Shown: piece by piece, positions 1-13,747 of the stretch
Numbering within the stretch: position 1 is the first letter of the stretch
How the letters are laid out: each line of letters starts with the position of its first letter
Assembly: GCF_006345805.1 (NCBI RefSeq)
Contig: NC_043010.1
Location: 18,600,001-18,664,000 of the forward strand
Direction of reading: 5' to 3'
Length of the DNA: 64,000 nucleotides
DNA from: Octopus sinensis
Lineage: Eukaryota
Notes under the pieces: model-generated
The model's database searches: none
What the model was told of the DNA's origin: nothing
What the model saw: only the letters and a program-made list of their open reading frames with translations
Program-made: the position numbers and the translations under genes

Positions 1-271
1 TTTCTCTGGAATTGGTCGAATTGATGGAGACACCTCTCATGGAAATTCAATGAGATTTGAAAATCAATGAAAGTTGTTTGTCATTTATTTTCTCGCTCTA
101 CAAAGAATGAACTAAATTAGCCGTCAGTCAAATTATGATTAATGGTGTGAAAGTGAGTATTAGCAATTGGTTGATAACTGATGAAGAATTTGGGACCCTC
201 TGTGTTTGCCTCCCATCCGGTCGTACACTCAGAATATGTTATGTCGTTTGTTTATTTACCATACATTTTTC

Positions 272-302
<31 letters not shown>

Positions 303-380
303 TGAGTACAGACACACGCATACATTGGCCACTCCACCCACTGTAGCATGCACTTCTAATCTTTCTCTTTCTCTCTACAG

Positions 381-479
381 GTGTAACTCCAGACTGACCT
401 CTTCATTGGAAGTAGCTGCAAATCAAAAGATGGTGTGGACACTGGATCAAGCAAGTGACCACCTCCACGGACTAGACAT
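381..479 (+). CDS. DNAAF9: DNAAF9 exon ([32 protein letters not shown])
   Basis: ctctctacag acceptor, gtaaga donor, phase 2-2, only one open frame. Confidence 0.8.
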
Positions 480-829
480 GTAAGACCTTCTCTGTTTATT
501 GAATGCTAAGGGTCATGGAGAGGGGTGTGGTTCTTATACCCCCACTCCTGCCTTCCTTCCTGCCTTCCTTCCTTCCTTCCTTTATTTTTGAACCTGGGGA
601 AGTAAATTGAATGTGTGGCTGTAGGTGTGAACCCGTGGCTAAGTTCTCTCCATTGTTATGTGGTTGTGGGTTCAATCACACTGTGTAGCACATTGGGTTA
701 AAGGTCTTCTACTATAACGTTAGGGGCCATCCCCCCCAATATCTATGAACAGAAACTGTGGAGAAACCTGTCATGATAAATACTCACACACACCCACACG
801 CACACACACACAGATGAACACACACACAT

Positions 830-866
<37 letters not shown>

Positions 867-1008
867 TACATACATGCATGAACCATAAAATGTCAGGAAG
901 TATGAGAGATGAATATATTTATTTAACCATTTGATAGCCATAAGATTATGGCTGTTTGCTGCAACAGCAACAGGATTCTATGAATCTATATGTCACTATA
1001 TATATATA

Positions 1009-1062
<54 letters not shown>

Positions 1063-1109
1063 TGTGTGTGTGTGTGTGTGTGTATGTGTGTGTATATGGC
1101 ACGCTACAG

Positions 1110-1181
<72 letters not shown>

Positions 1182-2287
1182 ATGTATATGTATGTGTGTG
1201 TGTACACCAGAGTAAGCACATAAATGTGAAACAAAGTGGAAAAAATAGTACTTGAGTCCCTGAGGTAGAGTAATATGCTTCATTAATAAAGCTGCAAAGA
1301 CATCACAAAAACTGTTACTCAGAGTTTCACATTCCCATTCATCAGAGAATTTTGGTTGAGAATATATATATATGCTGTGAGTCAATGGGCAGACAGAAAC
1401 AAAAAAACAAAATGCAACTGAATGAGGGAAAATTTGAGCTGATGCATTTTGGAAGAAATTCCTCACTAAAACAACCATACTCTCTTCCTTCAGGGGAACC
1501 GCTCACAGCCTCTAACAATATCAGAGACCTGGGTGTAATTGTTGATGACGATCTCAGTTGGAGTGCACACATCAACAAGAAGGTTGATATAGCTCGTAGG
1601 ATGAGTTCCTGGATCTTAAGAACTTTCCGGTCCAGAGAACAAGGTGTCATCATACCACTTTTTTCCTCCTTTGTACGGCCACACCTTGAATACTGCTGCC
1701 CACTGTGGTCTCCTCACACAAGACAAAACATCTCCAGAATTGAGTCACCCCAGAGGGCTCTCACTAAACAAATTGAAGGCATGGCTGCTCTCGATTATTG
1801 GGATCGCCTTAAAACCTTGAAACTTTACTCCCTCCAGCGTCGCCGTGAGCGGTACATCATTTGTACGATGTGGAAAATATACCGCCAAATTTGCCCAAAC
1901 GACCTAAACATTAGCTTCAAGGTCCATCCAAGACTTGGACCACGGGCTATACGTCCCCTGCCAAATTCAAGATCACAACATACATGTACACTGCAACATA
2001 ATTTCTTTTCCTCAACAGGCCCTGCCCTATTTAACATTGTCCCGAGGGAGATCAAAGAGGAAAAGGATCCCACCAACTTTAAACAGAGTCTGGATAGATT
2101 CCTTCAAAGAATACTAGATAAGCCACCCATAATTGGATACAACTCACCCAACAAGAACTCACTACTTGAACAAAACTTGACTTAAACAGGATTCGAATAA
2201 TCCTATCAGGTGGTGCTATTAAGTTAGACATGGCCTGGACCAATCTCTGGTCGAAACATATCTAAGTTTTATCTAAGTTCTAAGTTT

Positions 2288-2320
<33 letters not shown>

Positions 2321-2688
2321 GGGTGATTCAAAAGTCTCCATACATAGAAAAATTTTATTTTTTTATAAGAGACAGTTTATAAGATCCCCTGATGTGACCC
2401 CTCTTGATTTCTATCTTTGGGGACATTTGAAAGGCATGATGTATCGCAGAAAGATAAAAGACCTAAATGATTTGAAGGAACGGATCACCAACTCCTTTGC
2501 ACACGTATCACCAGATGTGCTTATTACGAGTTCACAATGAGTGGGGTAAACATCTTGCAATGTGTGTTTGAAACAAGGGTAACCATATAGAGCCTGTTAA
2601 GTAAAAAAAAGAGAAACTGTTCTTATAAAAAAGATAAATTGTTCCTATGTATGGCGACTATTGAATCACCATGTATATATATACATAC

Positions 2689-2738
<50 letters not shown>

Positions 2739-2923
2739 GAAATTTACAGAAAAACAAAAGACAAAAACAGGTGTATAAACAACAAACAGATGTATTAGAC
2801 TCAGGAAGGTCTTTTATATTTTGAGCCTCCATTCTTCAACAGAAAGAAACATGAGAAATAAAGAGAGAGGGGATAAAAAAGCCTTTGGAGTTAGCGATAT
2901 GTATATATATATATATTATATAT

Positions 2924-2965
<42 letters not shown>

Positions 2966-3225
2966 CGTTACCAACATTGCTTCACTGGCACATGTAAAAA
3001 GATTCAAGCGAGGTCATTGCCAGTATCGACTGACTGGCCCCCATGCCGGTGACACATAAAAAGCACCCACTACACTCTCGGAATGGAAGGGCATCTAGCT
3101 GTAGAAACTCTGCCAGATCAAGACTGGAGCCTGGTGCAGTCATCTGGTTTGCCAGCCTTCAGTCAAAACCGTCCAACCCATGCTAGCATGGAAGGCAGAC
3201 GTTAAACGATGATGATGATGATGAT

Positions 3226-3266
<41 letters not shown>

Positions 3267-3572
3267 AAATAAGAAAATGGAGAAATACATCTTAATCAAT
3301 AATCAACTACCAGATAATACCCAATCACATAATTTATTAAACCACTACATATGAACATTAAGGTCAAACATAATAGTATAGAACAAAACAATGTGCATTA
3401 ATGAGTAATATGATACAATAAGTACAGCATGTATAAGTGAATATAAATAAATACAAATATAAATATAAACTACATCTTACAGCTGTTTCAGCCATGCAGA
3501 TATGGGTGCCTCATTATGCTCATATTAGCCATGTGTGATAGGTTAATATGTAGTTATAAATGAGACATATAT

Positions 3573-3604
<32 letters not shown>

Positions 3605-4014
3605 ATATTTTAAAATTTTAGTCAAGTCAGTCTGTTGCCCATCTGAGTTTTTCCTTCGAATACACAACTTAATGAGGCATTGCAGGCAAAACTCGAGCAA
3701 GGGAGGGGCTTGACCAAAACAGAAATATGAATCTGTGTTATGGTTTTGAGGATACTTTTGTCTTCTGAGAGTGAACACTCAACAGAACGGACCTTGCTTT
3801 AAACAATAACATCAATAACATTGCTTCTTCTGTGTTCCAGTTTCCTGCACCATTTATTGGTCAGTAACAGCCACATACAACAACCAATCGTCACTGACCT
3901 GGGGAGAATTCTACTGACAGGGTCCAGCCCATTGCCTACTACTACTACCACTGGCACAGAAGATAACAAACACACGGTAGGTATGCTGACTGTTTGTTTT
4001 ATTATTATGGTGGT

Positions 4015-4066
<52 letters not shown>

Positions 4067-7000
4067 AAGGAAATAGAGGAGGAGGTTCTGGTCTTTGTAG
4101 AATGAACTTAAACTCACATCTGACATAGAAGCTGGCCATTTGTTGGTGTCACACACAACTTCATGTACAGACACACACAAACACTCACACACACACACAC
4201 ACTCATGCATATATACATACATATATCCACATGCATGTACGTACACATGCATGCACACACACACATATACACCCACAGGTATGATGAAGTGGGTAAGAAG
4301 TCTACTTCCCAACCACATGGCTTTTGATTCAATCCCATCATGTGGCACCTTCAGCAAGTGTCTCTACTGCAGCTATAGGCTGACTAAATCCTTGTGAATG
4401 GATTTGGCAGACGGAAACTGAAAGAAGCTTGGTGTGTGTGTGTGTGTGTGTGTCTGTCTGTCTATGCCTGTGTCTGTGCTTGTTCCCTTACCACCATTTG
4501 ACAACCGGTGTTGGTTTGTTTACATCTCCTGTTACTTAAAGGTCCAACAAAAAGAAGAGATTTATAGAATAAGTACCAGGTATTTAAAAAAAAGGCATTG
4601 CCCCAGCATGGCCACAGTTTAATGACTGAAACAAGTAAAAGAAAGTGAAAGAATGATTTCCAAGGGAAACTACAAGGAATGCTGTTAATTACGATGACAT
4701 CATTGTCAGTTGTAATGATTAGAGTTGTTTGGTCATTAATTAGCATTAACGAGTAAAAGTATTGTGTGGTCAACTTTCAGGTTGTGGTCACTATACTGGC
4801 TGGAATCAGAGGAAGTTATAAAGAGAGTTTCTGCAAAGTCTTCACTGGACTGGCGAAAGACTACAACAGGTGAGTACTGATGATGATGGTGATGATGCTG
4901 ATGAGGATGAATGGTGATAGTGGTGGTAGTGGTAGTAGTGGTGTGGTAAGATGGTGTGTGTTGCTGTTGGTGTTGTTGTTAACTCAGGCCTCTGTATATC
5001 ACTAATGACCATAAATGAAGGTCCTAGTTGCCCGTCCCATTGCAACACCATTGTCTGTAGCTGAATAGTCCAATGCATGAACTACAAGTCAGACTTGGGG
5101 GTCATCTGTCCTGGTTCTGTTTGATTTGTGGCATTGACTTATGGCTGGTCACTGTGGTCCTCCATGTTGTGTCATTGCCAGAGACATGGCAGGAGTATCC
5201 TCTCCCAGTAAGTTGCCTGGTTCAATCTCTCCTGTATAAGATGTTCAACATGGAAGACAGGTTGTTGCCAATGAAGCGTTTCACCCTTCCCCACACTAAT
5301 CATGGATCAAAAGGAACAGCTTGACCGTTACAATTTGGCCTCAGCATTGTCATCGCAGGAGTTGTCAGAATGAGATTGTAGACTCCAAGAATGAACCTCC
5401 AGCTCCCAATTTTCCCTTAGAGTTTACTTCCAAAGTTTTTTTCCATGGCCAAGTGGTTGGGTATGGCCACAAAGCAGCAGAGGTATGGAATCAGGGTTTT
5501 CTTTCTCCCAGATGTGTTGCATCCTCTCCTTCATGCTAAAAATCTCCATCTACCCAACAACAGTCTATGCCATCATCTCACCTAAATCAGAGACATGCTG
5601 TCACCAGTTAATATCTTAAATGCCAGGAGGTCCATCTTGCCTCGGTCTCTCTACTGGTCAATCAATGTGGACCAGCTCTACTAGCTGCTCTATTTTAGCC
5701 TTAATTTTTGATTTGTGTTAATATAAAAATGGAACATTCCTGTGTCACCTTGTCGTTGCCATCTCAGTTGTGTTCTGTCTCTCTACAGTTGGATAATCTT
5801 TCAGCAACCGATCAGGAATGCAGAAGAGTTTGATGCAAAGAAGTTGCAACAGCAGCTCTCTTGCAGTCTGCAAAATCAATCCCAGCAGATCCGGAGATCC
5901 GCCAGCGGAGGCAGGAAATCTATGCGAATCATTGTTGTTGTTCCTGGGTAAGTCTTGTCCATTGTTTTAGAACGGTCAGTCATTGTCCACTACTGTAGAG
6001 AAGTAACCCATTTGCCATTATTATTTTAACACACAACGGTAAAGGGCTAATGGTGGATTTGAACTTAAAACCTCTGACTCAGAAGCCTCCGTACCTTACC
6101 ACCCCACCAGTCATTCCACCTGTATTAACCCCCACACACACACACACACGCACAAACACACACACACACAACACACACACACAAACACACACACACACAT
6201 GCACACTTCACACACACACACACACATACACATGCACACACACACACACACACTATTTAGTTGTTCTGCTTTTTATATTTACAGTTATACTGAAATCATT
6301 GATGTGGTCAGAGCTGTCCACTCACATCCAGACCGTCACATTGCAGCACAGATGGACATCGGTCAGTTTCTGTTATGTCTTTCTTCATCCAGTAAATTTT
6401 AGTGGTCACTAACAGTTGTACTCAATGAATCATTGGTCATCTTAGTCAGTTTTAGACACTACAACAAATTGTTGTCTTTATCAGCCTCATGTCCTGAATA
6501 AGTAGTACTCAGGGTAGGCAGTAGGCATCAATAAAATGCACACTAAAGGACTTTTCACTATCAAAGAATATGAAACAGTATTTTAAATACATACATGCAT
6601 AGAAATATATATATAAAATTAAATAAGGGCAGAGATTGATATTAATCAATTAAAACCAGTGGCCTAGCATATTTTTAAAAAATCCGAAGATTAAATATTT
6701 TTTCATACAAACTTTAGAGGACTGACCACTAAAAGTGGACAGCCTGTATGCTAGATATAGAATGTGTTCTCAAGAAAAAAATGACAGACTATGCTGATAA
6801 TCTTGCAGATGTTTGTGTATCCATATACGTAAATATTAACAAGTGAAACTAATTAGTACATAGGTTATCGTTTTTTATTTTGTATATTTTCATTTGTCTT
6901 GCTTATTTTTACACTTAGGTTTTTTGCTGGATTTTTTTCTTGAGAACACTTTCTTCATGGAAAATGGTGATTTTGATGTCTATATCTAGCATACAGGCTG

Positions 7001-7714
7001 TCCACTTTTATTGGTCAGTCCTCTAAATTTTGTGTATATATATATATATATACGTACATTATATATATGTACTGTCTGTAAAAAATATAATTCCGAAAGA
7101 AGAAGCACACTCTTAGATGTAGAACAGTATATATTAAAAATGGGGGAAGGCTGGTTCATGGGATCACCTTAGGTTTCCTGTCCATAAAGGGTTTAGCTTT
7201 ATGGCATATCATCACATCCCAAAACTTGTTGGCCTAAGACCTCTTAAAAATATTGAGGTTTTGGGCGAACGGGTTTTGGGATCTGACGATATGCCATAAA
7301 GCTAAACCCTTTATGGACGGGAAACCTAAGGTAATCCCATAAACCAGCCTTCCATCATTTTTAATATATATATATATATATATATATTTGTGTGAATGTG
7401 TGAATATTTGTGTGTGTGTGTTGTTGTTATTGTTGTTGTTGTTGTTGTTGATCATCATCATCATTTAACGTCCGCTTTCCATGCGAGCATGGGTTGGACG
7501 ATTTTGACTGAGGGCTGGCGAACCAGATAGCTGCACCAGGCTCCAGTCTTGATCTGGCAGAGTTTCTACAGCTGGATGCCCTTCCTAACGCCAACCACTC
7601 CGAGAGTGTAGTGGGTGCTTTTACGTGCCACCGGCACGAGGGCCAGTCAGGCGGTACTGGCAACAACCTCGCTCGAATCCTTTTATACATGCCACCAGCA
7701 CACGTGCTTGTTGT

Positions 7715-7752
<38 letters not shown>

Positions 7753-8513
7753 TAATAATAATATAAAACAGTTTGATTTGGCTCCATGCAGCTTTAAAGT
7801 TTCACAGGCTTCTTGCAGAAACTTTAAGTTGTGCATTTCCTTTCGTTTGTCCACTTACTCGTATCGGCAGCACTTTTAAGGCCATTATTAAATGACCCCT
7901 ATCTGAGACTACCTATCTATCAGCATGTGTGTGTGCGTGCGTGGCGCCCTCTGTTGCAATTGATATTTAACTCCAGTTATTTCCCTTGTCAGGTGCTGTC
8001 ACAGTTTGTGTGAATCCCGACAACAGTTTTCTGGAGAACAGGTACAGTGCACACCCTCCTACCCCATTGTATTCTACTGAAACACTACACTGAAACACCA
8101 CTCTTACCTCGCCAACACCACATTATGCACAGCCTTTCCTCCTACCCACCACACTCACCCAGCCACATTAGACCAATTATGGAGACCCTCAACATTCACC
8201 TGGACCTTTTACAAGTTTCTCTATATTCAGGACTTACCTGCTTTCACTTCTAACAAGCTGCACTCTTCTGTATCATCCTTCACTCATCCAACATCCTAAC
8301 CTCCACTCACACACATCATTGCACCACTCAGTGAGACCCTACTGCTGTTCATTATTTACATTATTTACATTATTTATATTTGATGGATATTTGTCCTCAA
8401 CTTGTTTGTTGTTATCACAACGTTTCGGCTGATAGCCCGTGGGCATATGGCGTAGTGGTTAAAAGCATGGGCTACTAACCCCAAGATTCCAAGTTCAATT
8501 CCAGGCAGTGACC

Positions 8514-8546
<33 letters not shown>

Positions 8547-9811
8547 TTGAAAAATACCTTAGGAATGAGAACCCAGGTTCGAAATTTCCCCAAGACATCT
8601 GATGAAGGCTGGAGGGTATATCAGCTGAAACATGTTAACAACAAACAAGATGAGGACAAATATCTGTCAAATATAAATAATGTAAATAATGTTGATAATG
8701 TACATAATTCCTCATCTCTTAAATATAGAACTGTATTACCTACTGCTGTTGTTATCTACACAAACATTTAAACGTCCACTGAAAACAAGACCATCATCCG
8801 ACTGATGAGCACAATCTCTCTCTGTCCAACACACTACAAGCCTCAACTCACAAACTCACCGTTTCCTCTTTCTTGCCTCTTGAACTAATACCAGGATGAC
8901 CTCTACTCTCCTGCTGGCTCTGTATTTCTCCCACCAGAGACCACACCAAACACTTGCCAATCCTTCCTTCCCGTAACATTCATCCCACAGATATTTTCAA
9001 AGCTACAACAATCCCATCGATGTCACCAATCTTAATGGCACTACAAACGTCGTCTCAGTTGCTCTACCTCCTCCTCCTTCTTTCACTTGCAATTCTGTAC
9101 AACACACCACCCCAACTGTCTGTTAGACACCACACCAGCCCTGCCTGACACCACTATCTCCAAACACCACAAACCATCTCCACAATAACAACAACAACAG
9201 CAACAACACATCATTTTTGAAGGGCCATTTCTTTTGTCTCTTGTAGGTTCATGTTCCCTACACTGTGGAACCAATGTCTGGAAGGTTGGATCAATAACAT
9301 CCTGTTCATTGCTTCCAAGAAGTCTGAGGTAAGTCCAAACATGACCATATCTCCTCTCCTTCTTCACCACTTTCATATCAAACTTCTCTACAGAATTTTA
9401 GAGAATTCTAGACAAAATCTGGCAATGGAGATATTTTATTTTATACAGAATCTGTATTTGGCTTTCTAAATGTTAAAATCAAAAATCCAAAACTTTCAAA
9501 TAACAAACATTACTTGTGGTTGTTGCTCCACCACAATGGTACAGAAACTCCCTTGTTATGTCATCAGAAATATTATGGGGCAGGAACTGGACCGTTAGAA
9601 GAAACCTGGAGCCAATGATGTCCTTTCTTTTTATCAAAATATGTTTTATAGGTTCAAGCATGGCTGTGTGGTAAGAAGCTTGCTTCCCAACCACATGGTC
9701 CTGGGTTCAGTCCCACTGTGTAGCGTCTTCAGCAAGTGTCTTCTACTATAGCCTCGGGCCAACCAAAGCCTTGTGAGTGGATTTGGTAGACAGAAACTAT
9801 ATATATATATA

Positions 9812-9849
<38 letters not shown>

Positions 9850-12800
9850 CCCCATCACTGCTTGACAACCGGTGTTGGTGTGTTTATGTCCCCTTAAATT
9901 AGTAGTTCAGCAAAAATACTAATAGAATAAGTACTAGGCTTAAAACATAAGTTCTGGGGTCAATTTGTTCAACTAAAACCCCTCCAGGCGGTGCCCCAGC
10001 CTGGCTGCAGTCAAATGACTGAAACGAGTAAAAGAATAAAAGAATAGAAAACAGACACAGCAATAAAGTAGCAGAGACTGTAGAGAGAGGGGGGGAGTGA
10101 GACAGAGAGAGAGAGAAAAATGTCTAATGTTATTGTATTCTATTTATAGAATACATTTGGTTTGTTCTGAGTAAGACTTTGGTTCCAGAGTTGCAGGCTT
10201 TAAGGTGTGTGGAACCACCCTCTTTGTCACTGTAGTGTCCCAGCTCTTCTCTGACCCTCAATATTAGCACCTGTCAGGATCCCAACAATAGGTTAATTAG
10301 CATCTTATTGGAAGAAACTCCAAACACAAACCCACACAGCTTTGTGAGTGTCTTGGGAAAGGAAAAGGCAAAGGGAGTCGACCTTGACAGCAAATCGAGC
10401 TGTGGACTCCCTTCGACACCATTGAGGCAACTCGAGGGTACATGGAGCTCTCCAACCCTGTAAAGCAATTCACCTAGATGGTCACTCCAATTTAAAACCA
10501 ACAGCTTGCTGGTCACTGCAGCCATCTTAGCCTGCTGAGCCACTGCATCCAGACCCCCAAGAAGGAGACCAGATTGCACAAAATAGATCTCACTTCTAAC
10601 TTACTAAGCACAGGCAAGAAGAAAAGCCCTGCAGGCATGGAGAAGAGACAGAAACAGCAGGTACTGGATGGTACTGGATGGTACTGGCTGTCACAACTCT
10701 GTATGAAGATGCCTGCTCATCTCCATGATCTTCAAACACAAGGAACTGTCATCAGGTCTGTAGAATATATCTATAGATTGTTTACCAACACTCTACGCAC
10801 AGATAATAATGATAAGGAAATTATTGTATACAGTGCTCAGGTGCACCACAACTTGTCAAAAGTGCGTATAAAGCACGTGTGGCATGTAAAAAACACCCTC
10901 TACACTCACGGAGTGGTTGGCGTTAGGAAGGGCATCCAGCTGTAGAAACTCTGCCAAATCAGACTGGAGCCTGGTGCAGCCTCCTGGCTTCCCAGACCCA
11001 AGTCGAACAGTCCAACCCATGCTAGCATAGTTTACGGACGTTAAATGATGATGATGATGATGAAATCTTTGTAGTAAAAGAGAGACAAGACAGATTAATT
11101 TCTCTTTGGTGTTGGGGTTTCATCTGCAACTGAGTACATTCCTTGACTATCCACAGAAGACTCTACTTTTAGAACCATTAGGTCTACACCAACCGGATGC
11201 ACCAACTTGCATTTTTTTGCCGTTGGATCACTTACAAAGTTACTGGTGCATTTTACGTTTCACGGTTGGTTACCATTTATTGCTATCTTCTGCAAAATAC
11301 TTTATGCATCCAACTCATATTACAAAATGAATTTTTGCACAAGGCCAGCAATTTTGGGGGAGGGACTGAGTTGACCACATCAACCCCAGTATTCAGCTGG
11401 TACTCATCGTCCCTGAAAGGATGAAAGGCAAAGTTGACTTCTGTGGTATTTGAACTCAGAACGTCAAGATGGACGAAATACTGCCAAACATTTTGTCCAA
11501 CATGCTAATGAGTCTGCCTGCTTGACACCTCAGAAATAATTATCGTTAATAATATTTTCTTAAGGCAGTGAACTGACAGAATCTTTACCATTTCTTCTGG
11601 TTTCACATTCTGAGTCCAAATTCTGACAAAGTTGTTTTGGCATTTCATTCTTTTGGAGTAGATGAAATAAGTTGAATACGGAGTGGGTGGGTGGGAGGGG
11701 GCGTCGTTGACTGGCCCCTACCTCACCCTCACCCCCAAAGAAATTTCTGGATTTGTGCCTATAGTAGAAAGAATTATTATTGTTGTTGTTGTTATATCTT
11801 TTTCATGACCACCACTCCAGAAGAACCTCCATCTTATCAAGAAGATAGAACAATTGGTGAAGAAGAAGAACCACCAAGTCAACATCCTCACCGTTTTTGA
11901 TGGTCAACTGAACATGTAAGAATTTCTCTTCTCCGCCCCCCTCCACCTCCCCTCCCCTGTCTCTGGACATTTCGACCAGAACAACTACTTTACACATCTG
12001 ATTCGTCTTGTTGTTGTAGCACTATTTCACTCATGAGACTGTGGCCATGCTGGGGCACCGCCTTGGGAAATTTTTAATCAAATCAATCAACATCAGTACA
12101 CTTTTTCTTTTTTTCTTTTTTTTTTCCAGCCTGGTACTTTACTCTATTGACTTCTTTTGTCGAACCGCTAAGTTATGGGGAAGTAAACACACGGACACCG
12201 GTCGTCAAGCAGTGGTGAAGGACAAACAAGACACAAAGAAGCGCGCGCACACACACACACACAAGGCTTCTTTCAGTTTCCGTCCACCAAATCCACTCAC
12301 AAGATCCGAGTCGAACGTGTAGACTAAGCTAAGCTTAAATCCATATGCAAAACGATAAAAATAAGCCAGTTTTCACACCTTTCCTCTTATACTCAGTCTA
12401 TCAATAACCATATTTAATTTTCGATTCAAACTTTGATTAAAAAAGCGATGAATTGTTTTATTTTCTGCAAAATCCGTTGAGAGGGAAAAAAATAAACATG
12501 CTAAGTAGTCCAAGGGAAATAATCCTGCAAGTTTGATGGAGTTATTTCCCTTACACTGTTAAGTCTATTTCTGAAATAAGCCGATTCATAATGATTTCTC
12601 TCCCATTCCGTGTTTCAGTAAATATCATGAAAGTCTACGTGTTATTAATGGGGCTTAATATATAAACCTGAGTCATTGCTGGAATTATTTCAATAATGTA
12701 AAATAACAGCTTGGATCTTTTCGGTTTGAACGGCAGTTTTTTTAAAATAAAATTCCACGTAACTAAACACTTTTAAACTTCGTATACTGGTAGAATGTGT

Positions 12801-13693
12801 TTATAAAACATCTTTTTCTCTTGGCTTTATTGAGAAAATTCTATAGTTTGTAAGATATTTGGGTTTTTTTTCTTCAATTTCTGCAATTTCAACCAATCAC
12901 TGACGTCTATTGAGGTAAACAACATTCTGTGCCGTATCAATATGTCCCCCCTTTAAGAAACAGATTGGGTTTATTTACATTTGTGAAGAAAAAAAGATAC
13001 CCTTCCCCCCACCCCTAACCCTAACTAACCCAAACCCTAAAACAGATTGAAATGCAATAGATCAATACTAGGGTCATAATTATGGGTGACAATTTCATAA
13101 GACACCACTAGAAAAAACTGCCGTTCAAACCGAAAAGATCCAACAGCTTTTAGCTCAGCCAGGAAACATATTTCACAGCAACGCAATGTATCTTGAGGTT
13201 GTCCTCGAGAATATTCTTGCAGATTCCGGATTCCACGACACATGAGGGTGGATTGTTCAGTGATGTTCTTTATAAATGACTTTGGCAATATTTCCCCTTT
13301 TTCTGGTGTTTTTTATTAAATGGAAGCACCAATAAAGCCATCACAATGAACCAAAACCAAAGGTCTCTCCAGATTGAAACAAAAACACATGAGGCTAACA
13401 GAAAAGTCTTGTTAGGATCATTATTGTATGCCAGGCAATCCTAATTGCCATCGCCAGTCAAAACGGTATGTTTTAACAGACTGATACATAAAATAGACAG
13501 AAATAAGGGGTCATATACATTTATTTATTGATTAAAGGCTTACAGCTGTTTCAGGTGTTCGTTTTGGTGCATTCATCTTATCGGCCAATTGACTGAGTGA
13601 CTGAAAACATAGGAAACCACTACCCTCAAAGCTATCTTCTTCAGAACTTCTGGAGAAGATAGCTGTGCGAGTAGTGGTTCCAGTATTATATTG

Positions 13694-13747
<54 letters not shown>

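Noticed and set aside
105-152. Possible additional DNAAF9 exon ending at gtgagt (153)
   Set aside because: The frame needed to join the phase-2 exon at 381 contains a stop codon.
8441-8513. Possible tRNA gene with ACT anticodon (also 20704-20776)
   Set aside because: A/B boxes and anticodon arm are present but the acceptor stem does not pair, and it is embedded in a dispersed repeat with a TSD: a SINE head.
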